Below are positions 36,796-46,879 of a stretch of DNA of 64,000 nt, in pieces; position 1 is the stretch's first letter; the number at the start of each line of letters is the position of its first letter. This DNA is from a virus (Duplodnaviria > Caudoviricetes): positions 256,001 to 320,000 of the IMG/VR virus record IMGVR_UViG_3300005326_000040. One strand, given 5' to 3'. The position numbers and the translations under genes were made by a program. The notes below the pieces were generated by a model, which saw only the letters and a program-made list of their open reading frames with translations, was not told where the DNA came from and searched no databases.

Positions 36796-37482
36796 ATGGC
36801 CGCCGAACTTGATAAAGAAAGCCATCAATTAGCCTATGAGGTCCTAAAAAGCACAGCAAGCTGGCTTGAAGACCCAGATAATGAGATTCTAAGTTTACTT
36901 GAAGAAAATGATACTTCTGTTGAATTGGCAGCTGATGCTTGTGTTCATGCCGCTCATATTTTGAAAAAGGTCGCTACAGACATTCAGCTTGTGTCTGGCA
37001 TTGATGATCAAAGCGAAGACGTAACAGTAGCTTTGGATAAGCTTCGAGCCATTGCAAACGAGCTTGATAGCTCAAATGACCCCAATCTAGTCAAGAAAGC
37101 CAGTATGTTGGACGAGATTCTGCTAACAGTTGCCGCTGATGTTGAGGCTCAAAATAAGTTTCGAGCACGTATGTCTCAGAAGATTGAAGCATTAAAAAAA
37201 AATAGTCAGCAACGGAAAATAGCAACTGAGTCTGCTTCAAAAGAAGAAAAGAAAGAAGATTCGAAACCAGCAGAAGACAAATCAACAGGGTCTGCATCTA
37301 CTAGGGTTTGCCGAGAACATCCCGGAGCCCAGTTATACCGAATGGAAGACGGCTCCTGGAAATGTACTTTAGGCGGTGAGACTATCACTGATGAGCGTTC
37401 TATAGAGAACCAAACAAAGCTAAATACTTTTCTAAACAACCCCATGGTGATTGAAAGCACTCGTGAGAATCGAAATCGATAG
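36796..37482 (+). CDS. head-module protein with C-terminal CxxH...C motif
   Basis: SD AAGGAG; LKKVAT, VKKASM and RKIATE motifs; CREHPG...WKC. Confidence 0.7.
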   Translation: MAAELDKESHQLAYEVLKSTASWLEDPDNEILSLLEENDTSVELAADACVHAAHILKKVATDIQLVSGIDDQSEDVTVALDKLRAIANELDSSNDPNLVKKASMLDEILLTVAADVEAQNKFRARMSQKIEALKKNSQQRKIATESASKEEKKEDSKPAEDKSTGSASTRVCREHPGAQLYRMEDGSWKCTLGGETITDERSIENQTKLNTFLNNPMVIESTRENRNR

Positions 37483-37508
37483 GCTGACTATGATGTACGA
37501 AAGTGAAA

Positions 37509-38276
37509 ATGAGTTTTACAAAGATTCTAAATCACCCGGATTGCCAAGAAATTATCGCTAAGCTTACGTCTGGCGACTCGTCACGAGATGTTGCTGACTG
37601 GCTAAAAAACAAATATCCCGACAACAAAGACCACCAAGTCTCTTATAATTCTCTGAACGAATTTAGAAAGAGTCATCTAAATGTTCATGGCGCTGTTCTG
37701 AATGATATTCGCAGCAAACTTGCTGATTCTGTAGAGCAAGACGCTAAAGAACAACTTGTCAAAGAAGTGAAAAAGAACAAGACTTATCGCGAAAAATGCG
37801 AAGAAGTTATAGATAAAGAGATTGATTGGCGCTACAGGTTGATGCAGTTTCTCAATGTTGTTGAAAGTCTATTTGAAGATCACTTCAATGAGACTCAGAA
37901 AAATCCAGAAAATTACAAACGTCAGTATGTAATGCAGGGCTGGATGACAACTATTATTCAGATGGTCCAGGAAATCAGAAAGATGGAGGGTGCTCCAGAC
38001 CAAATCGTCCAACATAACGTAACAATTCAAACTATTGAAGAACAAACCGCTCTTATTCAAGAAGCCTTGCGTCAGACTTTTGCTGAAGTGGATTTAGAAA
38101 CGTCACTGCTGTTGATGGATAAATATACTCAAAATCTTGCAAAACTGAAAGCTCAAAGAGAAAGCCAAATTTCTCCCGAGGTAGCCTATAAGAAAATCAA
38201 TACCGTTCTAGATAATGTTGGAATGAAGCTGTTACCAGAATCTAAAAAAGATGATAATGAAGGCGGCAATGAGTAA
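37509..38276 (+). CDS. putative terminase small subunit (tentative)
   Basis: N-terminal HTH-like segment (HPDCQEII..L..G.SSRDVADWL...S..SL.EF...HL) plus coiled-coil oligomerisation region, upstream of TerL; no K-x-A motif. Confidence 0.4.
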   Translation: MSFTKILNHPDCQEIIAKLTSGDSSRDVADWLKNKYPDNKDHQVSYNSLNEFRKSHLNVHGAVLNDIRSKLADSVEQDAKEQLVKEVKKNKTYREKCEEVIDKEIDWRYRLMQFLNVVESLFEDHFNETQKNPENYKRQYVMQGWMTTIIQMVQEIRKMEGAPDQIVQHNVTIQTIEEQTALIQEALRQTFAEVDLETSLLLMDKYTQNLAKLKAQRESQISPEVAYKKINTVLDNVGMKLLPESKKDDNEGGNE

Positions 38277-40212
38277 AATAAAACTCAATAAATTTTTAGA
38301 AGAGAAAGTTGCCAAGGCGCTGGAACAAGCTGTTTCGGATGAATATAAGTCTTACATTTTGAAGGAAGCAGAAATGCTTTCTCAATTAGGCATTGAAAAT
38401 GAATCGTCCCTAAAGAAATTCCATCACATTTCTCAATTCGTTCCAGGTTTGGTACGACGCGCTACAGGCGCAAAAAATGTTACTCAACTTTATTCTTACG
38501 TCGGTCAAAAGGTTTTTGAGAACAGAGAATCAATTAATAGTTTGAGTGATTTATCCGTTTTTGTTATTGATTCATTGGCGGAGTTAGAGTTGGATGGTTT
38601 TAGAAAACTAGCCTACCCAACCGGAAATTCTAACATGGATCCTATACCAACGTTCAATATTGCCAAATGGACCAGAGCATTGAATGACATTTATATGAAG
38701 AACAGATTGTTTGGCAATAATAAGGAACAAAACTTTATTGAAATAACTAGCGGATGGAGCGATATGGAAAAAAACAAATTCAAAGACTGGGTAAAGTTTT
38801 ATGAAAGTGGAGCCCATTTACTGTATAAAAAAGCTAACAGTTCGGCAGCGATTATCCCAGGGTATAATTCTTCGGAAAATGGTTCGTTTTATCCGTTCAA
38901 GTTAGAAAAAATCAATGGCTTTCCTAGTCAAGGACTTCCAACGGCAAACACAAATCTTGAAGAGATAGCCAATGAAACTGTTGCTCCTAAAAGTTCTAAG
39001 AAGACAAAGGCAATGGAAGAGAGCGGCGACGAAGCGAGAAAAACTCTTATTAGACGTTTGCGCACATTGCAAAATTCGTTATTGAAAAGTCATGTTAAAA
39101 GCTTTGTTGGTGAAGACCTTTATAGAAAGCTAGTTAGAACAATTAGCGACCTATTAAACGATGTGATGGAAGTAAAGACAGCGAGTATGTTGTCGGACCT
39201 TGTGGGGCGCGCAGAATCTATTCTAAAGCAATCTGGGTTAAATCAAGAAGCGCGTTTGCTTGTGAAAATTGCTCAATCTGCAATGGATGCTCCTCCTATG
39301 GATATGCCTCCAGCATCTCCACCTGGAGAAGGTAATGAAAATGCAGGAAGAGATTTGATTGCAGGACTAAATAAAATTGCTCCTCCACCCAAAAAGTTTC
39401 CAACTAATGACGAGCTTCGAAAAGATATGAAAAAGGAAAAAGAGGAAGCTGACCCGATAGAGCCTGCGGCTGAGAGCGCTCCAGTTCCTCCTGCTCCTCC
39501 TGCTGGTGCTCCTCCTGCTCCACCGCCATCTCCAGCAACAGCTTCTGTTGGGCCTCTTTGGGCTAAACATGTGACTGCTGAAGTAAAACAGTTAGAGCAC
39601 ATTTGTGAATGTATTGCGGATGCAGCGCATAATGCTCGTAAAATTAAAAAGATGGCACAAGCGCTTGCTCCAGAAGCATCAGGAGCACAGCAGCCAAAAA
39701 CAGAACCTAATCCTGCTTATCTAGACGCTCTTGACCAAGCTTTTGCTAACATTACTGTAAACGATGTCATTAAGCAGATGCAGGCTTTATCAAAAGTTTT
39801 CAAGAACAGAGAGATTGCACGTCAACTAAGCATTATCGATTTGATGTTGGACAAACTCGGTATAGCTGGTTTGTTCCCGCAATTAGCTGAGGCAACAAAG
39901 TCTGCCCTGGAATCTAATCAGTATTCTTCTATTCGTGTAGATGAAGTTCTTTCTAAACTAATGTCCATGATTGATCAAAATGGAAATGTTAATGTAAACT
40001 TCAACGTTGCAGATAACAAAGACTCTATCGTAGACCAAGAAATGAAGAAAGCGCTTGAAAATCCTGAGGTAGTTCCTGGGGGACAGCCAATGCCGGGAGC
40101 AATGCCTTCTCCAGAAGCACCGCCAATGGCCGCTCCAGAAGTGCCTCAAATGCCGCCGCAACCAATGCAGTCAGCGCCTTTAGGAAATCCTTCACTCAAT
40201 CCAATGGTGTAA
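38269..40212 (+). CDS. large head-module protein with Pro-rich linkers
   Basis: VRRAT, FRKLAY, LYKKAN, EVKTAS, LVKIAQ and IKKMAQ motifs; PPAPPA and PMP repeats. Confidence 0.7.
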   Translation: MSKIKLNKFLEEKVAKALEQAVSDEYKSYILKEAEMLSQLGIENESSLKKFHHISQFVPGLVRRATGAKNVTQLYSYVGQKVFENRESINSLSDLSVFVIDSLAELELDGFRKLAYPTGNSNMDPIPTFNIAKWTRALNDIYMKNRLFGNNKEQNFIEITSGWSDMEKNKFKDWVKFYESGAHLLYKKANSSAAIIPGYNSSENGSFYPFKLEKINGFPSQGLPTANTNLEEIANETVAPKSSKKTKAMEESGDEARKTLIRRLRTLQNSLLKSHVKSFVGEDLYRKLVRTISDLLNDVMEVKTASMLSDLVGRAESILKQSGLNQEARLLVKIAQSAMDAPPMDMPPASPPGEGNENAGRDLIAGLNKIAPPPKKFPTNDELRKDMKKEKEEADPIEPAAESAPVPPAPPAGAPPAPPPSPATASVGPLWAKHVTAEVKQLEHICECIADAAHNARKIKKMAQALAPEASGAQQPKTEPNPAYLDALDQAFANITVNDVIKQMQALSKVFKNREIARQLSIIDLMLDKLGIAGLFPQLAEATKSALESNQYSSIRVDEVLSKLMSMIDQNGNVNVNFNVADNKDSIVDQEMKKALENPEVVPGGQPMPGAMPSPEAPPMAAPEVPQMPPQPMQSAPLGNPSLNPMV

Positions 40213-40215
40213 TGG

Positions 40216-40986
40216 ATGAAACTGCGCGAACTATTTAGTGTTATAGATTCTACCGCCAAAGAAATAGGAGCTTCTACTCCATTTCTTGTAGGCGGCATGG
40301 TTCGTGATATTGTTATGCATAAGTTTGAGAATATCAAAGACATTGATATTACCTGCGGCGACGCATCCAGTGACGAGCTTGGAAGAGCGTTGGTTAAGAA
40401 AATTCCTCAAGCAACTTACACTAACTTCAGTGATGGTCACGGCAGACTGTCCACAGAAAACTTCAATATAGACTTCAGCAATAATTTCAATGTTAGTAAT
40501 ATCGACGGGATATTGAAGGGCTTTGGGTATCTAAAAGCAAAACCAATTGAAAAAGAAGTTTATAGCAGAGACTTCACTTGTAATTCTTTGCTGTTGCCTT
40601 TAACGTCTTCTAAAGTTTATGATCTTACAAATAGAGGAATCAAAGATATTAAAAGCAAAATTCTAGACACATGTCTGGCTCCAGAAATTACTTTACAAAG
40701 TGACCCCAAAAGAATTGTTAGAGTTATTTACCTGTGTGCTAAATTAGATTTCAAACCTTCTCCAAGGGTAGTTGAATGGGTAAAAAATAACACTAAATTG
40801 ATGTCTTCAGTAGAAAAAAAGTATGCTGACGAAAAACTAAACAAAGCAATAGAATTAAACCCAAAGGTTGTTTTTGATTTAGCAGAAGAGCTAAATATGA
40901 ATCAATTTATACCAAACAGCGCAGCTTATAGAGATTTTGCTGTTGAAAATCCTGAAATACTGTTGAGGACACTAAATGGACAATAA
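40216..40986 (+). CDS. class II tRNA nucleotidyltransferase/poly(A) polymerase-like enzyme, C-terminally short
   Basis: Motif A VGGMVRD...DIDI, motif B SRDFTCNSL, motif C DLTNRGIKD, motif D SDPKRIVR; only 256 aa. Confidence 0.88.
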   Translation: MKLRELFSVIDSTAKEIGASTPFLVGGMVRDIVMHKFENIKDIDITCGDASSDELGRALVKKIPQATYTNFSDGHGRLSTENFNIDFSNNFNVSNIDGILKGFGYLKAKPIEKEVYSRDFTCNSLLLPLTSSKVYDLTNRGIKDIKSKILDTCLAPEITLQSDPKRIVRVIYLCAKLDFKPSPRVVEWVKNNTKLMSSVEKKYADEKLNKAIELNPKVVFDLAEELNMNQFIPNSAAYRDFAVENPEILLRTLNGQ

Positions 40987-41485
40987 GAAGAAAATAGTTA
41001 AATTAGCGGTTATTAGAGACCCCAAAGATAGGGTTTGTCCTTTTGGTTTGTTTGTTCCGGACGCATGTAAATGCGCTGGAGAAAAAGTATTGCAAATGAC
41101 TCCTTTGCTTACTTTAGATGATACTGCGAAGTCAAATGATATTCAATTGGAAAAAGACCCTGAAACTATCAAAGAAGCCGTAAAATCAAATCGAAGTATT
41201 TTGATGTGGGATGACGCTCGTCCTGCGCCATGCGTGTTTTGTAATGCGGTGTTTGATGAGAAACAAAAAGTAGAATGCAGCTTTGGTGATAAGGCGGCAG
41301 GGATGGGACACGCCGATTTTATGAGCTTTCCTTCCTATACCCAATATTTTTCTATGGGATATTCTGCCGTTCCTGTCGGCTTCTACTCTGACCACCCATC
41401 GAGGAATCAAATAGGTAATCTTGAATCGATGGTTAGTGGTACTTTTGCAGAAGATGAGTCGAACGACGAAAAAATCAAGAAGTAA
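40976..41485 (+). CDS. Cys-rich head-module protein
   Basis: IVKLAV at the N-terminus; CPFG...CKC...CVFC...ECSF. Confidence 0.7.
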   Translation: MDNKKKIVKLAVIRDPKDRVCPFGLFVPDACKCAGEKVLQMTPLLTLDDTAKSNDIQLEKDPETIKEAVKSNRSILMWDDARPAPCVFCNAVFDEKQKVECSFGDKAAGMGHADFMSFPSYTQYFSMGYSAVPVGFYSDHPSRNQIGNLESMVSGTFAEDESNDEKIKK

Positions 41486-41488
41486 GAG

Positions 41489-41503
41489 CGAATAATAGAG
41501 CAT
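41489..41503 (+). promoter_or_regulatory. candidate late promoter cgaata-N6-cat
   Basis: CGAATA ATAGAG CAT directly after a stop codon. Confidence 0.45.
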
Positions 41504-41537
41504 CATCTGTAGATCAGTCATTTTCTATGGTGTGGTA

Positions 41538-42452
41538 ATGGTAAACAAAAAGATCGGACAAGTAGTTAGTATTCCCGTTGAAAACGCTTCTAAAACTCCC
41601 GAACCAGGAGAGGTTGTTGTTTTGGATGAAGATATGTTTGGGCCAGAAGGCGCTTTATCTGGATTATCTGGTTCAATAGAATCCACAGATAAAGAAGTCA
41701 ACATAAATATTGAAAATGTTGATGAGATTACATTTCAACTAGGCCCCGTCCCTGGAGCACCAGAAGAAGTTATTCTAGAGGATGAGGACGAAGATGATGA
41801 TGAAGTCTCAGAAGAAATTCAAGAGGCGGAAGATGATGAGCCTGTTGACGACTGGGGTTGGGAAAAGAGTCACGGCACAAAAGACTTTTTACAGTGGCTT
41901 CAGAAAATGATTTCTGGTGTTCCAGCACACAGTGGTCGAGACACCACAGGTATTGAACGAGCATTTTCGTATTTCAAGAAACTTGATTCTGAAATCAGTC
42001 GCGCCATGAGCAGAGATTTCAAACGAGAAATTGACGCTGCAAAAGCCGAGGAAGCTCGAAAAGTTATCAACGATGGTATGGACCGTCTTGTTACCAGACT
42101 AGATAAACTTCGGAAAAAGTATAAGAAGAAGACTGCTGAGGATGTCTCAGGGACTTTAGTGAAACGCGCAGAAACCAGTTTCACTGGAGGCATGACTGTA
42201 AACGTACCTTACTTTATTTCTTTTATAGCAAGAGCTTGCGTTAACGCTACCGTTTCCAGTGGCAAAGACATGGGCGAAACATTTGATACTCTTAATAAAG
42301 AATACAAGCTTGACAAGAGAGAAAAAGCCCAAGTCATTCAACTAGTAAGAGATATGGGATACCCACTTTATGTTGATAGACTACGCATGAAGGACGGCAA
42401 GTTAGAGTTTGACGATGACGAAGCCGAACACCTTTCCCAATACAGAGGCTAA
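41538..42452 (+). CDS. acidic head-module protein
   Basis: Acidic N-terminal half; KKKTAE and LVKRAE motifs. Confidence 0.7.
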   Translation: MVNKKIGQVVSIPVENASKTPEPGEVVVLDEDMFGPEGALSGLSGSIESTDKEVNINIENVDEITFQLGPVPGAPEEVILEDEDEDDDEVSEEIQEAEDDEPVDDWGWEKSHGTKDFLQWLQKMISGVPAHSGRDTTGIERAFSYFKKLDSEISRAMSRDFKREIDAAKAEEARKVINDGMDRLVTRLDKLRKKYKKKTAEDVSGTLVKRAETSFTGGMTVNVPYFISFIARACVNATVSSGKDMGETFDTLNKEYKLDKREKAQVIQLVRDMGYPLYVDRLRMKDGKLEFDDDEAEHLSQYRG

Positions 42453-42454
42453 TT

Positions 42455-43111
42455 ATGGCATTTCGTAGAGCAGACGACGGCAGTGTATTTGGCTCGAACC
42501 TTGAAAAGGTATTTGAGGAACAACTCAATAAGAGCCAAGAACCATCTATTACTGATTATGTGCGAGCGTCCTTTGGGAAAGTTGCTTATCCAACAACTCC
42601 TCAGATCAAGAAAGTTACCGTGGCTGACATGGTAAATGATTTGATGGTTCGAACGGGTTTGAAAGATTATCTTGCTCAAGTCAATTCATCTGTTAATGCA
42701 GAAGCTTTAACAACAAAAGCTGCTCAACTCAATCAGGAGCTTGGGCTACAAACTGAAAATAAACTAAATTCTCTTGCTGATTACCCTGGTTTTGAAGCTG
42801 CTTTGCAAGATTATATTTCTTCATACAAGCATCATCAAATAAGCCCAGTGTTGCATTACATTGAGCATACTCTCAAGCCAGCAATGTTGAGTCGCGGTGT
42901 AATTCCTCAAGAAATGGCTGACCTAGCTGTTCAACATGATCCTAAGATTATCGGCATGATTAAAGAGTTAATTGCTCAAAAATACAATAAGAGCGTTAAC
43001 GATATGAAGGAATTGTTTGAAACCGGTTTGGTAAATCAAGACCCCGGAAGCACTGGTCAAGTAACTCCCGCCCTAGAACACGTCGAACCAGATTCTGACG
43101 CTAATAAGTAG
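42455..43111 (+). CDS. head-module hypothetical protein
   Basis: MAFRRAD start; LTTKAAQ motif. Confidence 0.7.
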   Translation: MAFRRADDGSVFGSNLEKVFEEQLNKSQEPSITDYVRASFGKVAYPTTPQIKKVTVADMVNDLMVRTGLKDYLAQVNSSVNAEALTTKAAQLNQELGLQTENKLNSLADYPGFEAALQDYISSYKHHQISPVLHYIEHTLKPAMLSRGVIPQEMADLAVQHDPKIIGMIKELIAQKYNKSVNDMKELFETGLVNQDPGSTGQVTPALEHVEPDSDANK

Positions 43112-43131
43112 GCTAACAAAACTGGAATATG

Positions 43132-43146
43132 TTAATGTAGCATTAT
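43132..43146 (+). promoter_or_regulatory. candidate late promoter ttaatg-N6-tat
   Basis: 15 nt upstream of the TerL ATG; a weaker match. Confidence 0.35.
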
Positions 43147-43161
43147 TTTGGCATTTTAAGT

Positions 43162-45054
43162 ATGCTAGATAATCTACTAAATAATGTTGACATATTTAAT
43201 AAGTTGAAGGATGCGGTTCTTAATCTTGATCCTGTGAGTTTTTGCGAAAAATATCTAACGCTGGATGGAAAGCCTTTTCAGCTGCGTTCTAACGGGTATA
43301 AGCCTTTCGTTGATATCTATCGATGTATCGGCTTAAAAGCTCTGGAACGAACCCCTTCTTCAAAACCCATTATTCTTGTAAAAGGGCGTCAGGTTGGAGC
43401 AACAACCATGGCCGCTTTTTTGGAAATGTATTGGATGGGCAATGGTATGTTTGGAACTAATGGTAGACCACCAATTCGTATTATGCATTGCTTTCCTCAG
43501 TTAGATTTGGCAGCAGCATACACCAAAACAAAGCTCAACCCCGTAATTTCACAATCAATTCTTGTTCCTGGGCAGAAAATTAGCCTTGGACGAAAGAACA
43601 AAACTTATATGCAGAGTCTGTTGAGCATGGATGTTGAATCATCTCAGCAGTATAAAGAATTCCAGAATGGAAACCATATCTGGATTGAGTCAACTGGATT
43701 GAACGCAGACCGTCTTCGTGGTCGAACAGTTGATGTAATGATTTTTGACGAAGTGCAGGATATGCCTTCTGACGCCATCTCTAACGCTACAAAATTGTTA
43801 GCAAAAGCTCAGTATGGCGCAGTCGGTGGTGGCGTTCAAGTATATATGGGCACTCCGAAAGGAAAAAGCTCTAAATACTATAACATGTGGATGTCTTCTT
43901 CTCAGCAATATTATCACCTTGGCTGTGAAAGCTGTGGAGAATATTTCCCGCTTTATACTCCTGGGTCAGATGAGTGGGAAAGCATTTGGCTATATGGGTA
44001 CACGGTAAAATGTCCTCATTGCGGTAAGTTGCAGAATAAAAATGATGCAGCTGAGCGCGGTAGATGGATAGGTCGTAACGATGAAGAGAATTGCGACATG
44101 ATTGGTTATCATATCAATCAGTTGTATATGCCCGAATTTACCAAAGAGCGCATTGAAAAAGAAAAACCTGGAAAGAGCCCGATCAATACTGAGCGAGCTT
44201 GGATGAATGAAGTTTTGGGAGAGTTTTATGCGGGGCAAGGCGTAGGTATTAGCACCGAAGAAATCAGACAATATTGCGCTGACTTTGAGCGGAAAATGCG
44301 CGCAAGAATACTTCCTTCTGAAAATAAGAGAGTATATTTAGGAGCAGACTGGGGCAAAAAGGTTGACTTAGACGTAAATGAAAAAGGTGAGAAAAAGACC
44401 CAGCAAGGTCAATCCTACAGCACTATCGTAGTAATAGCCGTAGAGGGTCCTGAGCTTGTTAGCATTCAATTCGCCACAAAGTTACCTAGAAACGATCTTC
44501 AATACAAAGTAGAGGTCATTGAACAGGCTTATCTAAATTATAACGTCAAACTGGGCGTAGGAGACATTGGCTATGCTGGAGACCTTACTGAAATCCTGCA
44601 AAATAAATTTGGTGATAAATTCCTGGCTAGCGAAGCTTCTGGAAGTAAATTGCAACACAGAGTTAGCTTTAAAGAAGATGTTTTCCCAAAGACAATCTTG
44701 TTCGATAAAAACAAACTCATAGAAGAAATGTTTTCTATGTTCAAGAACGGCGCAATCCGTTTCCCCTATGGAGACTTTGAACGTTTGGCGTGGCTTGTAA
44801 ACCATTGTGCAAGTATGGAGGTCAAACCCACCAAAGATCGTTCTGGTGATACGAAGATTACTTACGTAAAGGGAGGAACGCCAAACGACGGCTTTATGGC
44901 ACTAATTAATGCCTATCTAGCGTTTAAATTTGATATTAGTGACGGCTTTAAAAACAAACAGATGTTACATAATATAGATGAGCACAAGTTCAATGACGAT
45001 AGCCCACAGTATAGCGGCGCTATTTTTAGAACTAGCAAAAAATGGACGTTGTAA
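43162..45054 (+). CDS. terminase large subunit (lambda GpA-like, with zinc ribbon)
   Basis: Walker A VKGRQVGATT, LRGRTVD, Walker B MIFDEVQD, GTP motif, CESC/CPHC, EVLGEFY, nuclease LGADWG, VGDIG and PNDGFMA. Confidence 0.93.
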   Translation: MLDNLLNNVDIFNKLKDAVLNLDPVSFCEKYLTLDGKPFQLRSNGYKPFVDIYRCIGLKALERTPSSKPIILVKGRQVGATTMAAFLEMYWMGNGMFGTNGRPPIRIMHCFPQLDLAAAYTKTKLNPVISQSILVPGQKISLGRKNKTYMQSLLSMDVESSQQYKEFQNGNHIWIESTGLNADRLRGRTVDVMIFDEVQDMPSDAISNATKLLAKAQYGAVGGGVQVYMGTPKGKSSKYYNMWMSSSQQYYHLGCESCGEYFPLYTPGSDEWESIWLYGYTVKCPHCGKLQNKNDAAERGRWIGRNDEENCDMIGYHINQLYMPEFTKERIEKEKPGKSPINTERAWMNEVLGEFYAGQGVGISTEEIRQYCADFERKMRARILPSENKRVYLGADWGKKVDLDVNEKGEKKTQQGQSYSTIVVIAVEGPELVSIQFATKLPRNDLQYKVEVIEQAYLNYNVKLGVGDIGYAGDLTEILQNKFGDKFLASEASGSKLQHRVSFKEDVFPKTILFDKNKLIEEMFSMFKNGAIRFPYGDFERLAWLVNHCASMEVKPTKDRSGDTKITYVKGGTPNDGFMALINAYLAFKFDISDGFKNKQMLHNIDEHKFNDDSPQYSGAIFRTSKKWTL

Positions 45055-45066
45055 CAAAAGGACGCG

Positions 45067-46818
45067 ATGACTGAGAAAAATATTCCTCCACAAATTATGT
45101 CGATGCTTTATTCTAAAGCAAACCCTGTAGCAAAAGGGAAATTCTCTGAAGATGGAATAGTTCGTGGAGAGTTTCGGGCCGGTAAAGGACAGGAAAGTGT
45201 TAAGAGAGATAACCAAACGATTTATTCGGCTTCTAGTGTAATTCGTAAAACGGCTACTACATCAGCAGCAGATTCAGGAGCTATGGGAAGCTCCTGGCGT
45301 GGAACTGGCGGAATGGTTCGCCAAGGTCCAGAGATGTATACGCCGCTTCTTATGACTTCAAATACCCAGCTTCCTCGTGACCGGCTAACGATGAATGCTT
45401 GGGTAAGAGCAATTTTTGCTCTTAATCCCATTGTAAATAACGCATGTTCGTTGCACTCTACTTATCCAATTTCGAAGCTGAATATTAAATGCGAGAACAA
45501 GAAGGTAGAAAATTTTATCGGTGAAATGTGTTATGATATGGAATTGCATAACGCTTGTGTACAAATTGCTCAAGAGTTTTTTGTTATCGGCGAATGTTTC
45601 CCGTTCTTGCAGATGGATGAAAACTCTTTCAAGTGGAACAGCATTATCATCCAAAATCCAGACTATATTTACGTAAAGAGGACACCTATCGCTGGCGAAC
45701 CTCAAATTAGCTTGCGCCCTGATAGCGAACTTCGTAGAATTGTTACAGGAACAGACCCGGAAAGCATCAAGCTTCGTAAGAGTATTCCACCGCATATTTT
45801 AGAGTTCGTAAAGTCTGGCAAAAATATTCCCCTTGATAACTTCTATGTTTCTCATCTTGCTAGAAAAATTAGCCCTTATGACACCCGAGGAACAAGTCTC
45901 ATCGCTCCCATTCTAAAAGCCGTCATGCTTTGGGATAAGCTTCGGGAATGTAAATACGCTCAAGCAGACAATATGATAAACCCACTTACGTTGGTTAAGT
46001 TGGGCGGAAGCGCAGATGCTGAGTATAAACCGTCTCCGGCAGATTTGGAATACTGGCGACAGTTGATGGAAGAGGTCCAGTACGACAAAGACGCTAAGAT
46101 TATTGCTCCAGGAAGCGTTTCTATTGAAAAAATTGGCTCTCAAAACGTTATTGACATCAATCCTGATCTTCAGCAGTTGATGAAGGAAATGTATATTGGT
46201 CTAATGGTGCCTCAGGTAATCATGGAGGCCGGTGATATTACTTACGCTAACGGCGGTCTAAGTTTGGATGTTTTGCGTCAGCGTTATATGCAATTCCAAA
46301 ATATGTTGGCAAAGTGGATTCGTACAAAGATTTTCCAGCCTATTTGTGAGTTGAACGATTTTTGGGACTACAAGGATGGCGAGAAGAAGCTGATTATTCC
46401 CGATGTGGAATGGAACCACATGGCGATGTTTGATCTAAACGATTATATTCAGCTTATTTCTGGATTAGTTACAGCTGAAAAGAAAGTTGTTTCTATTCAT
46501 TCTTTGTTCCGAAGTCTTGGTTTGGATTATGAAGATGAGCGCAGAATGATTCGGCATGAATCCATTGAGGATGAAATCTCTAATAAAGAGCAGGCTTCTC
46601 TACAGAAACTTACGCTGACAGAGCTTCGTGCTCTTGATGTTGGCGATGAGATTCCTGACATCCCGGATTCGCCAGTTCCTGGTGAAACACCAACCCCTGG
46701 CGAGAGTGCTGAAGGTCAAGAAGGTGGCGATGCTGGCGGTATGGGTGGCGCTCCTCCACCGCCGCCAGACTTGCCGCCAGCGCCACCGGCTCCGCCTCCA
46801 AGTGCCCCACCAGCATAA
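45067..46818 (+). CDS. portal protein
   Basis: Follows TerL; NPIVNNA...YP, FVIGECF, RGTSLI.PI, IGLMVP and RQRY pattern of phage portals; Pro/Gly-rich tail. Confidence 0.85.
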   Translation: MTEKNIPPQIMSMLYSKANPVAKGKFSEDGIVRGEFRAGKGQESVKRDNQTIYSASSVIRKTATTSAADSGAMGSSWRGTGGMVRQGPEMYTPLLMTSNTQLPRDRLTMNAWVRAIFALNPIVNNACSLHSTYPISKLNIKCENKKVENFIGEMCYDMELHNACVQIAQEFFVIGECFPFLQMDENSFKWNSIIIQNPDYIYVKRTPIAGEPQISLRPDSELRRIVTGTDPESIKLRKSIPPHILEFVKSGKNIPLDNFYVSHLARKISPYDTRGTSLIAPILKAVMLWDKLRECKYAQADNMINPLTLVKLGGSADAEYKPSPADLEYWRQLMEEVQYDKDAKIIAPGSVSIEKIGSQNVIDINPDLQQLMKEMYIGLMVPQVIMEAGDITYANGGLSLDVLRQRYMQFQNMLAKWIRTKIFQPICELNDFWDYKDGEKKLIIPDVEWNHMAMFDLNDYIQLISGLVTAEKKVVSIHSLFRSLGLDYEDERRMIRHESIEDEISNKEQASLQKLTLTELRALDVGDEIPDIPDSPVPGETPTPGESAEGQEGGDAGGMGGAPPPPPDLPPAPPAPPPSAPPA

Positions 46819-46834
46819 CAATTCCCTTTCATAA

Positions 46835-46849
46835 CTAATAAAGAAGTAT
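46835..46849 (+). promoter_or_regulatory. candidate late promoter ctaata-N6-tat(aaat)
   Basis: CTAATA AAGAAG TATAAAT. Confidence 0.5.
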
Positions 46850-46879
46850 AAATGTTAGCAACTTCCTAAAAGGATTTCT

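Noticed and set aside
23351-45054. Inteins or introns in DnaE, RecA, DnaG or TerL
   Set aside because: Lengths are near normal, catalytic motifs are contiguous, and no splice-junction or LAGLIDADG patterns were seen; the RecA insertions are short loops.
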